A DNA stretch of 32,000 bases, taken from assembly GCF_000092105.1 (NCBI RefSeq), contig NC_014148.1:3300001-3332000 (forward strand), read 5' to 3'. Of the stretch, positions 20,743-30,781 are shown piece by piece. The position numbers were made by a program, and so were the translations under genes. Positions within the stretch are counted from its first letter, which is position 1. Every line of letters starts with the position of its first letter. Below the pieces are notes generated by a model. That model had not been told where the DNA came from and did not search any database. It was given only the letters and a program-made list of their open reading frames with translations. The stretch comes from Planctopirus limnophila DSM 3776 (lineage in GTDB: Bacteria; Planctomycetota; Planctomycetia; Planctomycetales; Planctomycetaceae).

Positions 20743-23187
20743 TCAGGACGTGGGCTCTATGGCCTGTGGCTTGCCCCCTTCTTTGGGTTTGGCAGCCGTC
20801 CCTAACTTTTCTTCCAGTCGCTTGAGCAATTTCTCATCAGGGAGACGTTCGGCTCTGGATTTTTCCATCGCTTTTGCCCAGGCCTTCTGAGCGTCGGCGG
20901 CTCGACCCAGTTTGTTGTAAACGTCCCCGAGATGCTCATAGATTGTCCCATCTCCACCCGTCCGCATCTCAGCGGCTTTTTCCAGTGGAGAAAGCGCCTC
21001 TTCATACTTTCCGAGCTTAAACAGCACCCAGCCGAGGCTGTCGAGATACGCAGCATTTTCAGGTTCTGCTGCCACCGCCTTGCGGATCATTTTCTCGGCT
21101 TTTTCCAGGTTTTTTCCCTGGTCGGCATAGAGGTAGCCCAGATCATTGTTGACCGAAATATCCTCTGGATCTTCCTCCAGCACTTTTTCGAGGATCGCTT
21201 CCCCTCGTGGAATATCACCCTGCATGACATAGATGTTCGACAGGCTGAATTGGCACTGCCTCACAATTCGTGTCTCGCCGGGAAAATCCCGGAGCACAGT
21301 TTCAAACTGGGCGATTGCCTTTTCGAAATTGCGACTGTGATAGTAAATCCAACCTTTCTGGAACTGCAGGACAGCCGCCTGGGGGATCAGACGAATCGCC
21401 TGATCAATCGCTTCCAGTGCTCCTTCAGTATTCCCATTCATCTCCCGGGCTTGAGACAACTGGAAAAGCAGATTGGGCTTTCGATCAGCCATCGCAGGCT
21501 CTTCCAAGGCTTCTTCCAGAACTTGAGCAGCATCGGCATAGCGGTCGGCTTTCAGAAGCATCTCCGCCAGATCGGAAAGCACAATCCCTCCACGATCAGG
21601 AGCAATCTCCTTGGCTTTACGAAAGAATTCGATTGCAGCATCGATTTGCTCACCTTGAGAGGCCAGCTTGGCAACCAGGTAGGCCTCTTCAAAAGTCAAT
21701 TCACGAGGCTCGGCAGAGGCCTGCCGACGGCCTGCATCAATCACCAGACCGACCAGTTCCCGATCCTTTGCCACCGACTCGAACTCGGCTTCAATCTCAT
21801 CCACACCATCCGGTGGAGCCTGAGACAAGCCGCGACCTAACGTATCCAACAGTTTATCTGCCACTTTCTGCTTACGATACAAACGCGAAAGCCCCAGATA
21901 TCCTTTTAAATCTCGCGAACCCTTTAGTGAGGCTTCGTAGATCTTTTCGGCTTTTTCGTAATCACCGCGATCCGTCAGTTTCTCGGCCAGAAAGAACTGC
22001 AGTGTCGAATTCCGCTGGTCTTTCTCGGCAATCGCAGTCAAGCGATCAATCAACTCTCCCTCAAGACCACTGCGGGAGAGAATCTGCGACAACAATTCGT
22101 AAGCTTCGCGGCCTTTGGATTGTCTTTGAGCATCGATGTACTTCTGAAGTTCAACCAGAGCCTCCGCCGGCTTACCTTCCAGAAGCAGCAGCTTGGCCTG
22201 ATAGAAATTGACATTTCCCCGGCTGGCCTTACCGGTTTTGACAGCCAGTTCCAGCGCTTCTCGTGCAGGTGCCACCCGTTCTGCATCCAGGAGAACCTGT
22301 GCAACACGCTCAGCACCGGTCCGGGGATCATTCATCAGTTCGTTGCGGAATCTCGGATCAAGTTTGAACTCATCCGGTTTCTTAAACACTTTCAACAGCA
22401 GTTCGTACTTATCGGCTGCCTTGGGAATATCACCCGTCGCCAGATACAGGATCGCCAGGTCGCGCTGTAACCGGATCGCCCAGTTCGACAGGGGATCGAG
22501 TGTGGGAGAATTCGCTGCCTGTTCCAGAAACTTGATCGCCTCGGCCCCTTTCTGCTGGGCAGCCATTCCGGCAGCGAGAGTATGGAGAACTTCAAAGTCG
22601 GCAGGATCAAGATCGACAACTTTCATGGCCCAGGACATCGCCTGTGCCGGTTGTTCCTGAATCAATGCAATCTGCATCAGCTTGCGATATGTCTCGGCAG
22701 AGCCTGGATTGAGTTCCGCAGCCCGCTGGTAAGCCGTGTAGGCCCGCTTCCACTCCAGTCGAGATTCGAACAACGAGCCCGACATGAACCACGCTAAAGC
22801 CTCTGCCTGTTTTTCTTCAGCAGCAGTGCGCGGAGTTTTAGGAGTGAGAGGAACAGCCGGTTCATCCAACGTTTGCAATTGAATGACAGGCCCTGCGGTT
22901 ACCTTGGGAGATCCAGCAGGCTGAGTTTCCTCAGAAGCTGCTGTTTTCTTGGTTGCCTCTTCAGAGACCGGAGGCGGTGTCGCAACCTCTTGCGCTGCGG
23001 CACGCTTCAAGAAAGTGTCGGCCAGTCCGTTCCCAGACACAACAGATAAGGCTACGCAACAGGGAATCATCAGGCCGAACTTGAAGAGGTGGAAACCTCC
23101 ATCCCGTCGCAGACGAAATGCGGTCAGTCCCAGACTCCATTTTCTGACGTGTTCCATTCCCTGCCCCTCAAGATTTTCCCTGGGCAT
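20743..23187 (-). CDS. Large tetratricopeptide-repeat (TPR) protein with N-terminal signal anchor.
   Basis: 814-aa ORF. N-terminal hydrophobic FKFGLMIPCCVALSVVSG. Many TPR-like 34-aa units, e.g. AAYLDSLGWVLFKLGKYEEALSPLEKAAE. The start may be the internal Met at 23157. Confidence 0.8.
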   Translation of the reverse strand: MPRENLEGQGMEHVRKWSLGLTAFRLRRDGGFHLFKFGLMIPCCVALSVVSGNGLADTFLKRAAAQEVATPPPVSEEATKKTAASEETQPAGSPKVTAGPVIQLQTLDEPAVPLTPKTPRTAAEEKQAEALAWFMSGSLFESRLEWKRAYTAYQRAAELNPGSAETYRKLMQIALIQEQPAQAMSWAMKVVDLDPADFEVLHTLAAGMAAQQKGAEAIKFLEQAANSPTLDPLSNWAIRLQRDLAILYLATGDIPKAADKYELLLKVFKKPDEFKLDPRFRNELMNDPRTGAERVAQVLLDAERVAPAREALELAVKTGKASRGNVNFYQAKLLLLEGKPAEALVELQKYIDAQRQSKGREAYELLSQILSRSGLEGELIDRLTAIAEKDQRNSTLQFFLAEKLTDRGDYEKAEKIYEASLKGSRDLKGYLGLSRLYRKQKVADKLLDTLGRGLSQAPPDGVDEIEAEFESVAKDRELVGLVIDAGRRQASAEPRELTFEEAYLVAKLASQGEQIDAAIEFFRKAKEIAPDRGGIVLSDLAEMLLKADRYADAAQVLEEALEEPAMADRKPNLLFQLSQAREMNGNTEGALEAIDQAIRLIPQAAVLQFQKGWIYYHSRNFEKAIAQFETVLRDFPGETRIVRQCQFSLSNIYVMQGDIPRGEAILEKVLEEDPEDISVNNDLGYLYADQGKNLEKAEKMIRKAVAAEPENAAYLDSLGWVLFKLGKYEEALSPLEKAAEMRTGGDGTIYEHLGDVYNKLGRAADAQKAWAKAMEKSRAERLPDEKLLKRLEEKLGTAAKPKEGGKPQAIEPTS

Positions 23188-23504
23188 CTGCTGAAGACGT
23201 GGTGTTCACGTCCAGCGACGATTCAACATTTTGACACCTTCCGATTGTAGCCCTGAATGTCCTCAGGCAGCAAACCGAAGTTTGACGAAAGTCTGCTTTG
23301 GCCAAGGTTCGATGGATCACATTTTCGAAAGCTGGTTCGCAAGAGAAGCCGCGAGGAGAGCGTCTCTTCGTCAGAAACCAATGCACGACTTCGCACTGAC
23401 CATCCTTCGGGAATTTTTGACCACCAGAGCCAGTGCAAGAAAACAACCTTCAATGGGAGCAGGTGTCGACAGGTTACGGAGTGACATCTCCCGGGCTTTA
23501 TCCG

Positions 23505-24641
23505 TTACGACTTCGCCCTGCCGGTTTTTTTCGCAGCGGCTGATTTGCTCTTGGCTGCAGCGGATTTGCCTTCCCCCTTGGCGGGTTTGGCTGAAGACGA
23601 AGCTTTGGTAGATTTCTTGTCAGGCGCCGCTTTTGAAGCCGCCTTAGTGCTGGGTGTCTTTTCGGCTTTTTCTGTCTTCTCAGTCTTTTTGGCAGTTGAG
23701 CTCACAGCCTTTGAAGTCGCTCCCTTTTCAGTGCTTTCCTTCGGGGGCTTAGATACCTTTTTGGCGACGGGCTTATCGTCGGAAGGCTTATCAACTTTTG
23801 GCTTTTTGGTCTTGCTGGAAGTTTCAGGCGCCACTTCCGTGGCCTTCTCTTCAGACTTGGGAGGCTTTGAACCACCTTTGGCTTTAGGCTCGGTCTGCTT
23901 CTTTAACTTTTCCCAGTAAGCGGCAGGCCCGAGCTTCATGAGTTCGGCCAGTCGTTCCATCGCCGTCCCGGCATCGAAACCTTCTGGTGGATGCGGATAA
24001 GCCTCTTTATTGAAGGCACTTCGCAGATTGGAATCTGTCGCCAGAGCACGAATCATCCCACAGAAACTATCCACTTCTGCTTTTTTGACCGTGGTCTTGA
24101 GCGACTCACTGATTTCGTCAGCACTTTGTCCGGGCATCGCCAGTCCCAGCCAGACCAGCGTATGAATCGAGCTTTCATCCAGAGGGATGACATGCGCACC
24201 AAGAACCGCATGCAGTGTGTAGGTTCGGACAAAAGGTGTGGCCGACTTGATTTTCACAAGTTGCTTCTGGGCCAGTTCGAGTGTCCGCTTTTTGAGCCCT
24301 TCGAACTCGAAAGTGTAATTCTTATCGAAGACATGCTGCAGCACACCTTTGTAACGATAAGCCTTCCACTCGCTGTTATGGAGAGACCCCAGAGCCTCCT
24401 GTAATTCGGTCACAGAACTGACACGGGCTTCGTTCAAGTCTGTAAAAGCGGCTCTCAATTGCTCATAAGCAGCCTGCGATTCTTCAATCGGCGAATCTTC
24501 CAGGCAGACCGCAAAAAGCATCGTTTCCAGAACCGGAAACTCGGGAGACGATGGCAGTTTATGAAGCTTTTTGACAACCGGATGAAGCTTCTTCAGAAGT
24601 GCCTGCTTGTCGGCGGTTTTTGTTCGTACGGCAGAGGCCAT
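23505..24641 (-). CDS. Endonuclease III-like (HhH-GPD fold-like) domain protein fused to a ~134-aa Lys/Ala/Ser/Thr/Pro-rich histone-H1-like C-terminal tail.
   Basis: The N-terminal ~240 aa follows the EndoIII helical pattern (PVLETMLFAVCLEDSP...AAYEQL...VSSVTELQEAL...HVIPLDESSIHTLVWLGL). The last 134 aa contain 38 Lys by my count (KPPKSEEKA...AKKTEKTEKAEKTPSTKAASKAAPDKKSTKASSSAKPAKGEGKSAAAKSKSAAAKKTGRAKS). Confidence 0.75.
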   Translation of the reverse strand: MASAVRTKTADKQALLKKLHPVVKKLHKLPSSPEFPVLETMLFAVCLEDSPIEESQAAYEQLRAAFTDLNEARVSSVTELQEALGSLHNSEWKAYRYKGVLQHVFDKNYTFEFEGLKKRTLELAQKQLVKIKSATPFVRTYTLHAVLGAHVIPLDESSIHTLVWLGLAMPGQSADEISESLKTTVKKAEVDSFCGMIRALATDSNLRSAFNKEAYPHPPEGFDAGTAMERLAELMKLGPAAYWEKLKKQTEPKAKGGSKPPKSEEKATEVAPETSSKTKKPKVDKPSDDKPVAKKVSKPPKESTEKGATSKAVSSTAKKTEKTEKAEKTPSTKAASKAAPDKKSTKASSSAKPAKGEGKSAAAKSKSAAAKKTGRAKS

Positions 24642-24718
24642 CGTGTGTTTCTTCCGCAGTCAGGTTCCGGGAAATACCACTGTTCTATCGACTTCCGTCA
24701 CGACGATCATGTTCGTCG

Positions 24719-24761
24719 GGAATGATGGCAACATCATACAAGAGGAACGTCCCATCATTCC
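24719..24761. promoter_or_regulatory. 10-bp perfect inverted repeat in the rbfA/EndoIII-like intergenic region.
   Basis: GGAATGATGG-(23 nt)-CCATCATTCC, 78-120 nt upstream of the start codon at 24641. No U-tract follows on the minus strand. Confidence 0.3.
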
Positions 24762-24873
24762 GGAGGAATTCCACTGAATTTCAATTCTCAGATCATGAGC
24801 AGCCACTCACCATCAGCCATTGCAGTTTTATCTTCAATTCTCATACAGAGAGTTTGTTCGTGGTTCGCTGACT

Positions 24874-25470
24874 TTATACCGATTTTGATTCACCAGAGAC
24901 ATCTGTATCGCCAGCATCGCCATTCACAGCATCATCGCCCGCCGCACCATCAGCAACTCGACCCGAGTCTTCACTGGTCACCGTTGGATCCACGGCACTC
25001 GACGAGGATGTCTCCTCGTTCAATTCGCCAGCGACTTCTGCTTCATCGTCCTCAAATTCATCATCATAAAGATCGTCATCCAGAGAATCTTCCCCCTCCT
25101 GATCAGCCTCATCGCTGTCAGCCTCATCAGTGGGAAGAACTTCTCGCAAGGCTTTCGACGTTTCAATACTCAGTTTGACGCCCTGATCGAGCACAAATGT
25201 GAGCACCGGGGTGTAGCGAGTCTCCAGTCGGTCTGCGATCTTGGCCTGAAAAAATCCGCAGGCTGATTGCAAACCATGCATGCACAAAGACTGCTCTTTG
25301 GGAGTCCCCATCACCGAAACATGCACACGAGCGGTTCGCATATCCGGAGCCACCTCTGCCGAAAGAACGGTAACGTTCTTGACGCGTGGATCACGGATAT
25401 GCCGCATGATGGTCAGGCTGACTGTTTCCAGCACAGCCTGAGAAGCCTTTGCAAGTCGTCGAGACATCAT
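24874..25470 (-). CDS. rbfA: Ribosome-binding factor A with a long acidic C-terminal extension.
   Basis: MMSRRLAKASQAVLETVSLTIMRHIRDPRVKNVTVLSAEVAPDMRTARVHVSV...TPVLTFVLD is an RbfA KH-like core. It is followed by about 85 aa rich in D/E (DEADSDEADQEGEDSLDDDLYDDEFEDDEAEV...). It sits immediately downstream of infB, the canonical position. Confidence 0.9.
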   Translation of the reverse strand: MMSRRLAKASQAVLETVSLTIMRHIRDPRVKNVTVLSAEVAPDMRTARVHVSVMGTPKEQSLCMHGLQSACGFFQAKIADRLETRYTPVLTFVLDQGVKLSIETSKALREVLPTDEADSDEADQEGEDSLDDDLYDDEFEDDEAEVAGELNEETSSSSAVDPTVTSEDSGRVADGAAGDDAVNGDAGDTDVSGESKSV

Positions 25471-25552
25471 GGCTGTAGTGCCTTATGGCGATAGCGCCTT
25501 TACCTATATCCTCACCAGAACTACGACAGCCCGGGATCCAGCATTTCCACCC

Positions 25553-28500
25553 TTAATCGAATGTCCGTTTGACTTCTTCGATCTTATAGGCTTCCAGCAG
25601 ATCCCCTTCCTTCACGTCATTAAATCCTTCCAGCCGGATACCACATTCCATCCCTTCGCGAACCTCACGGCTGTCGTCTTTTTCACGCCTGAGCGAAGCA
25701 ATGGCGTAAGAGTTCAGCACCTTCTGATCTCGAATCACATGGATGCGGTTGGTGCGTTCGATCGTACCATTCAATACACGGCAGCCCGCAATGGTACCAA
25801 AACGACTGATATTGAACGTTTGCAGGACAATCGCCCGGCCCAGCGTGACTTCCTTCTTGGCCGGCTTAAGCATCCCTTCCAGAGTCTGCTTAATTTCATC
25901 AATCACTTCGTAAATAATGTTGTAACGGCGGATTTCCACGTTCTCCTGCAGTGCCAGAGCAGCCGCCCGGTCTTCAGGAATCACATGGAAGGCAATAATG
26001 ATCGCCGACGAAGCACTGGCGAGATAGACATCACTTTCGTTGACGCCACCAACACCTTCGTGCAGGATGCGGACGCGAACTTCGGGATGTTCAAACTTCC
26101 CGATTTCACTTCGCAGAGCTTCCAGAGAACCAGGAGTGTCGGCCTTAACGATCACACCCAGATCCTGAACTTCACCCTCGCGGGCAGCGTTGAGAATATC
26201 TTCCAGAGTTCGTTTACCACCGCGCGAAGAGAGCGAGACCTGTCGGCCAGCCATCCGTCGCCGCTCGGCAATCTCACGAGCCAGATCCAGATCGTCGAGC
26301 ACCACAAACTTATCACCAGGAGCAGGCACGATATCGAGACCTGCCAGCATGACAGGTGTCGATGGCGGAGCTTCATCGAGCTCCTGCTGATGTTCGTTGA
26401 AAATAGATCGTACTTTGCCGTAAGCCTGCCCACAGAGAACGACGTCTCCGCGGCGGAGTGTTCCCTTCTGCACAATGAGCCATGCGAGCGGACCACGACC
26501 TTCATCACGGAAGGCTTCGAGGCAGGCCCCGGTGGCGGGACGCTGCGAATTCGCCTTGAACTCATTGAGTTCTGCGGTCAGCAATAATGTTTCCAGCAGT
26601 TCATCCAGACCTTCGCCAGATAAACCGGAGGTGCGTACGACTTCAGTGTCTCCACCCCATTCGGCCGCCAGCACGTTCTGGGCAGCCAGTTCCTGAAGGA
26701 CACGCTGCTCATTTCGATCAGGCAGATCGACCTTATTCAGTGCGACAACCAGTGGCACACCGGCGGCTTTGGCATGAGCAATACATTCCACAGTCTGAGG
26801 CATGACACCGTCATTCGCAGCAACCACCAGCACAACGATATCAGTTACGTTGGCACCGCGAGCACGCATTTCACCAAACGCTGCATGGCCTGGGGTATCG
26901 ACGAATGTCAGTTTCTGACCATTCTTCGTCACCTGATAGGCAGCAATATGCTGGGTAATGCCCCCATGTTCTGAAGCAGCCACGTTGGCCGAGCGCAGCT
27001 TGTCGACCAGAGTCGTCTTGCCATGATCGACGTGCCCGAGAATCGTGATGATTGGCGGTCGATTTTCCAGAACTGAGGGATCGTCCGGGAGATCGATGTA
27101 TTCCTGCAGCTCGTCTTCGACATCCTTGGGTTTGACGATTTTGAGATCGACGCCCAGTTCCAGAGAGAGTTCGAGCGCTGTCTCTTCATGCAGCAGACTG
27201 TTGATGGTCAACATTTCGCCACGTTTGAAGAGAATCCCAAGGATCTGCTTGGCAGGCCGGCCAATCGCTTCCGAAAGAGAACGCACAGTGAGTGGTGGCT
27301 CGATTTCGGCGGTTGTTTTGAGCTGTGTGGTTTGCTTTTGACCGGGCCGACGAATGAGCTTGCGAACGGCCTTACGTTCAGCAACTTCTTCTTCCTCAGA
27401 CGTACGAACATCTTTCGTCCGCTTGACCCGGCGGGCTTCGCGGACTTCTTCCATACCGGCGCCCAAGGCATTTTTGTCTGCCTTTTTGCCGCCGGCACGG
27501 CCTTCCATGATGTCTGCAAGATCGGCTTTGTTCTTTTCGTCACTGCCGCGGCGACCACCGCTGCCAGCGACTCGATCTCCCAGAGGAGAATGCGTAACCA
27601 GCTTACCTTTGATATCAATGCGGATATCGGGCACCTGGGCTTTGACGTCTTCTTTGCGAGCGACCGGGCCGCCACTGAATGGCGCCAGATTCGCGACACC
27701 CGGCACATTCATACGGGGACGGTTGGAAGGCTCGTTCCCGCCTCGATTCACAGGGGGCGCTGCTCCACCACCGGGAGCTGGCGGCCCTTGAGTGGTTGCC
27801 TGCTCACCTCGCGAAGGAGTCCCTCGACTGCTCATCCCCATATCACGCATGGGGCGACTGCCAACTGCTCGCATCGGCCCACCGGCCATGCGCGAAGGCA
27901 TCGAAGGACGCTCCGGCACACCCGAAACGCGATTGCCTGTATCCTGTGATGGCTGAGATGTTCCACCCTCGCCACCACCGGGTGCTGAACGCTGTAATGG
28001 TTTGGAACCGGCTCCCTGGGGAGCATCAGTTCCAGCATTCCCTTTTGCACTGACAGACCCACGCGAGGTCATCTGGTGTTCACGCACAGGTGCTGGCGGA
28101 GTGACCGGCTCGACAGCCGCAGAACTTGATTCGACATCGGAATCAGTTTCACCAGCCACATCGGCAGGGAGAATCGCTGCTTCAGAGGCTACTTCATCTT
28201 CGGTCGAGACATCCATTTCATGCGAACCGACGACAGTCTCCTCAGTCTGTTCAAACGAGGCTTCCTGAGCCTCGATCTCTTGAACTTCCTGCGAAGACTC
28301 TCCATCCAGCTCCCGGGGAGCTTCGTGAACAGGTTGGGGCTTTCCTGAAGCTGCCGGTTTAGTCGCGGGAGTTTTGGAAATCATGTCCCGCAGTTTGCGA
28401 ACCGCTCCCGCCAGCTCGCGAACATGTTCTTCGCGCTGGGGCGTCACAGGAGCTTCACCTCCCGGAGCAGTCATCACGGTGGTTGAACCACCATTGCGGA

Positions 28501-28648
28501 TAATTGCCAGAACGCGATCGCGTTCCTCTGGCGAGATACTGGCCAGGGCAGAGTTCTTGACCACAATGCCAGCCTTAGCGCAGTGCTCGATCAACAGCCT
28601 GCTGTCCATATCGAGCTCTTTGGCAAGAGCGAAAATTCGAATCTTCAA
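25553..28648 (-). CDS. infB: Translation initiation factor IF-2 (TTG start).
   Basis: IF2_[24 protein letters not shown]. Long low-complexity linker. G domain [25 protein letters not shown]-terminal domains follow. GAGGAA Shine-Dalgarno 7-8 nt upstream of the TTG at 28648. Confidence 0.97.
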   Translation of the reverse strand: MKIRIFALAKELDMDSRLLIEHCAKAGIVVKNSALASISPEERDRVLAIIRNGGSTTVMTAPGGEAPVTPQREEHVRELAGAVRKLRDMISKTPATKPAASGKPQPVHEAPRELDGESSQEVQEIEAQEASFEQTEETVVGSHEMDVSTEDEVASEAAILPADVAGETDSDVESSSAAVEPVTPPAPVREHQMTSRGSVSAKGNAGTDAPQGAGSKPLQRSAPGGGEGGTSQPSQDTGNRVSGVPERPSMPSRMAGGPMRAVGSRPMRDMGMSSRGTPSRGEQATTQGPPAPGGGAAPPVNRGGNEPSNRPRMNVPGVANLAPFSGGPVARKEDVKAQVPDIRIDIKGKLVTHSPLGDRVAGSGGRRGSDEKNKADLADIMEGRAGGKKADKNALGAGMEEVREARRVKRTKDVRTSEEEEVAERKAVRKLIRRPGQKQTTQLKTTAEIEPPLTVRSLSEAIGRPAKQILGILFKRGEMLTINSLLHEETALELSLELGVDLKIVKPKDVEDELQEYIDLPDDPSVLENRPPIITILGHVDHGKTTLVDKLRSANVAASEHGGITQHIAAYQVTKNGQKLTFVDTPGHAAFGEMRARGANVTDIVVLVVAANDGVMPQTVECIAHAKAAGVPLVVALNKVDLPDRNEQRVLQELAAQNVLAAEWGGDTEVVRTSGLSGEGLDELLETLLLTAELNEFKANSQRPATGACLEAFRDEGRGPLAWLIVQKGTLRRGDVVLCGQAYGKVRSIFNEHQQELDEAPPSTPVMLAGLDIVPAPGDKFVVLDDLDLAREIAERRRMAGRQVSLSSRGGKRTLEDILNAAREGEVQDLGVIVKADTPGSLEALRSEIGKFEHPEVRVRILHEGVGGVNESDVYLASASSAIIIAFHVIPEDRAAALALQENVEIRRYNIIYEVIDEIKQTLEGMLKPAKKEVTLGRAIVLQTFNISRFGTIAGCRVLNGTIERTNRIHVIRDQKVLNSYAIASLRREKDDSREVREGMECGIRLEGFNDVKEGDLLEAYKIEEVKRTFD

Positions 28649-28677
28649 ACGCTCGTTCCTCTGTTCAAAACAAGAGT

Positions 28678-28719
28678 CAGACTCTCAAACAGGAGTCTGT
28701 CAATTCTGCCCGGCAGAAT
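28678..28719 (-). promoter_or_regulatory. Two adjacent hairpins in the nusA-infB spacer, just upstream of the infB ribosome-binding site.
   Basis: On the minus strand: ATTCTGCC-G-GGCAGAAT (28719..28703), then CAGACTC-CTGTTTGA-GAGTCTG (28699..28678). Confidence 0.35.
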
Positions 28720-28868
28720 CATTTCTCACTATGTCGGCTTAATTCAGAGTTCCGGCTCGAATCAGGAATTCCTGAGTACGCTCCGAAGTCAAATCGCGAC
28801 CCAACCGCCTCACATCCATTATCCCATGCACATCACGGCTCAACTGGCAAACACCAGCTTTTGATCGT

Positions 28869-30197
28869 TTACGATTTATTGCCGGCCGCCTCCTCAACAG
28901 ATGCTTCATTGTCCGCAGCGGGCGGCAGTTTGCTTTCGACAGCGGGATTCGAGGCGCGGGCCTCATCGGCCCGGCGCTGCTCGCGCTCCTGAGATTGCCG
29001 TTCGGCCTTCTCGGTCGCCCGACGAAGATCCTGCTCCTTCTCGATCCGCTCGCTTTCGCGTTCGGCATACTCAACAATCACATCGGCCTGCTCTTGAGTT
29101 AACGAGCCCATCTCCATCAGCTCGTCGGGCTCGATGACAGACAGGTCTTCAAAACTCAGAAAACCTTGCGATACCAGCCCTTCCGCCAGCTCCTCGGAAA
29201 CTCCCGGGATCTGCGAGTAGGCCACCACAGCCTGATCAAGCTGCTGATCCAGCTCTTCGCGAGTCATCACGTCGATGTCCCAGCCCACCAGCTTCGAAGC
29301 CAGACGCACATTCTGACCGCGTTTGCCAATCGCCAGAGAAAGCTGATCATCCCGCACCAGCACCAGCACACGGCCCAGCATCGGGCAAAGAATCACATCT
29401 TCCACTTCCGAGGGCTGCATCGCATTCGGGACCAGCACCTGGAGGGAATCGTTCCAGCGAACAACTTCAATCCGCTCGCCACCCAGCTCTTCGCCCACAT
29501 TGCGAATGCGGGCACCGCGCACACCCACGCAGGCACCAACCGGGTCGATATTGCTGTCGGCACAGGAGACCGCCACTTTTGTTCGATATCCAGCTTCCCG
29601 AGCCAGAGACCGGATCTCGATAATCCTCTCGTTGACCTCGGGAATTTCCAGTTCAAGCAAACGGCGAACAAAATCGGGATGTGCTCGGGACAGCACCACG
29701 CGAACGCGAGGCCCCATCTTCTTGACTTCCAGCACCACGGCACGAATTCGCTCATTCGGACGATGCGATTCACCCGGGATCATTTCACTGCGAGGCAGAA
29801 TCGCTTCCGCCTTGCCAATGTTGACCGTAATGGCACTTCCCTCATTGCGAGTCACTGTCCCGGAGACAATCTGCCCTCGCAACTGGGCGTATTCATCGAA
29901 CAACGTGTCACGCTCGGCTTCGCGAATCTTCTGGATCATAACCTGCTTGGCAGTTTGAGCCGAGATGCGACCGAGAATATCACCCAGTTCATCGCGGTCA
30001 ATTTCGCGACCATTGGTTTTCACCATTGGTTGACCGCTGGTGCGATCAATATGAACCTCGATGACTTCTTCTTCACCAAAGTGCTTCCGCGCAGCCGAAA
30101 GAATGGCTTGCTCCACCCCTTCGAAGACAATTTCCTTGTCGATGCTCTTATCGCGATGGATCGAATCCACGATCCGCAGCACTTCATTGCCGTTCAT
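28869..30197 (-). CDS. nusA: Transcription termination/antitermination factor NusA.
   Basis: [41 protein letters not shown] (NusA N-terminal domain), S1 domain [23 protein letters not shown] domains [14 protein letters not shown] and [22 protein letters not shown] Shine-Dalgarno upstream. Confidence 0.97.
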   Translation of the reverse strand: MNGNEVLRIVDSIHRDKSIDKEIVFEGVEQAILSAARKHFGEEEVIEVHIDRTSGQPMVKTNGREIDRDELGDILGRISAQTAKQVMIQKIREAERDTLFDEYAQLRGQIVSGTVTRNEGSAITVNIGKAEAILPRSEMIPGESHRPNERIRAVVLEVKKMGPRVRVVLSRAHPDFVRRLLELEIPEVNERIIEIRSLAREAGYRTKVAVSCADSNIDPVGACVGVRGARIRNVGEELGGERIEVVRWNDSLQVLVPNAMQPSEVEDVILCPMLGRVLVLVRDDQLSLAIGKRGQNVRLASKLVGWDIDVMTREELDQQLDQAVVAYSQIPGVSEELAEGLVSQGFLSFEDLSVIEPDELMEMGSLTQEQADVIVEYAERESERIEKEQDLRRATEKAERQSQEREQRRADEARASNPAVESKLPPAADNEASVEEAAGNKS

Positions 30198-30520
30198 GAC
30201 AACCCTCTTGATGAACTCGCTGACAAACAGCAGATTAGATCACAGAACTAATGGCTCGACATCACGATGATGGCAAACCGCCAGACCTGACGAACCCTTC
30301 ACGAACTGCTCAGCAAAACCGGGCAATCGACGTGAAATTGTCGAAAAACCTGGAGTCGCTATTTTTGCAGGCACCGTCATCCCGATTCACCAGTTGCCTC
30401 AACAGCACCTGCAGACAAACCTGATGGCATCACCAGCAAAAGCCGTTCGCTCACCCCACTGAATGCAACGCCTTATTCATGCCCCCGAAAACAAAGTTGT
30501 TCCCGGGATCAAAGTCCCCT

Positions 30521-30548
30521 AAAACAAAAAAAGCAGGGAATGCCCTAC
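30521..30548 (-). terminator. Rho-independent terminator (minus strand).
   Basis: The minus strand reads GTAGGG-CATT-CCCTGC (6-bp stem including one G-U, tetraloop) followed directly by TTTTTTTGTTTT. Confidence 0.65.
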
Positions 30549-30781
30549 TTTTCTGCGGCAGCACCCGCTGCATTGGGTTCAATAATCGCGTGCCGCTCTT
30601 TCCGCAGCCCGCGCTTGGCGTGAGCTAAAAGAAAGAGACTGGCAGCACGGCGAACGCCAGCGATGGAAAGCCGAAACTCACCATCGTTGTACACCAACAC
30701 CAGCCATGATCGCCTCCGCAGAATGTCAGCAGGCCCTCCACACAATGTTACCACTGCACGAAAGAACAGCCTGATAAACAC
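30545..30781 (-). CDS. Orphan small ORF (78 aa from GTG, or ~51 aa from an internal GTG preceded by GGAGG). It may instead be a non-coding RNA.
   Basis: This is the only ORF in a ~1 kb gene-poor stretch, and its stop codon sits in the 5' arm of the strong terminator at 30521..30548. I recognise no family. It uses several rare-looking codons (AGG, CGA, GGG, TTA). Confidence 0.3.
   Translation of the reverse strand: MFIRLFFRAVVTLCGGPADILRRRSWLVLVYNDGEFRLSIAGVRRAASLFLLAHAKRGLRKERHAIIEPNAAGAAAEK

Noticed and set aside
25469-26587. 372-aa plus-strand ORF, with similar long ORFs at 14618..15637, 29166..30251, 20932..21840, 21270..22211, 8480..9184 and 19092..19724.
   Set aside because: Each lies entirely antisense to a gene with unmistakable family signatures (infB, alaS, nusA, TPR, DUF1559-B, recA). 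Their translations are Arg/Ser/His/Pro-rich low-complexity strings with no recognisable motifs. They are shadow ORFs.
28739-29077. 112-aa minus-strand ORF at the position where ylxR would be expected between nusA and infB.
   Set aside because: About two thirds of it overlaps the 3' end of nusA in another frame. It lacks the YlxR RxCxxC...GRGxY pattern, and its composition is Arg/Pro/Ser-rich.
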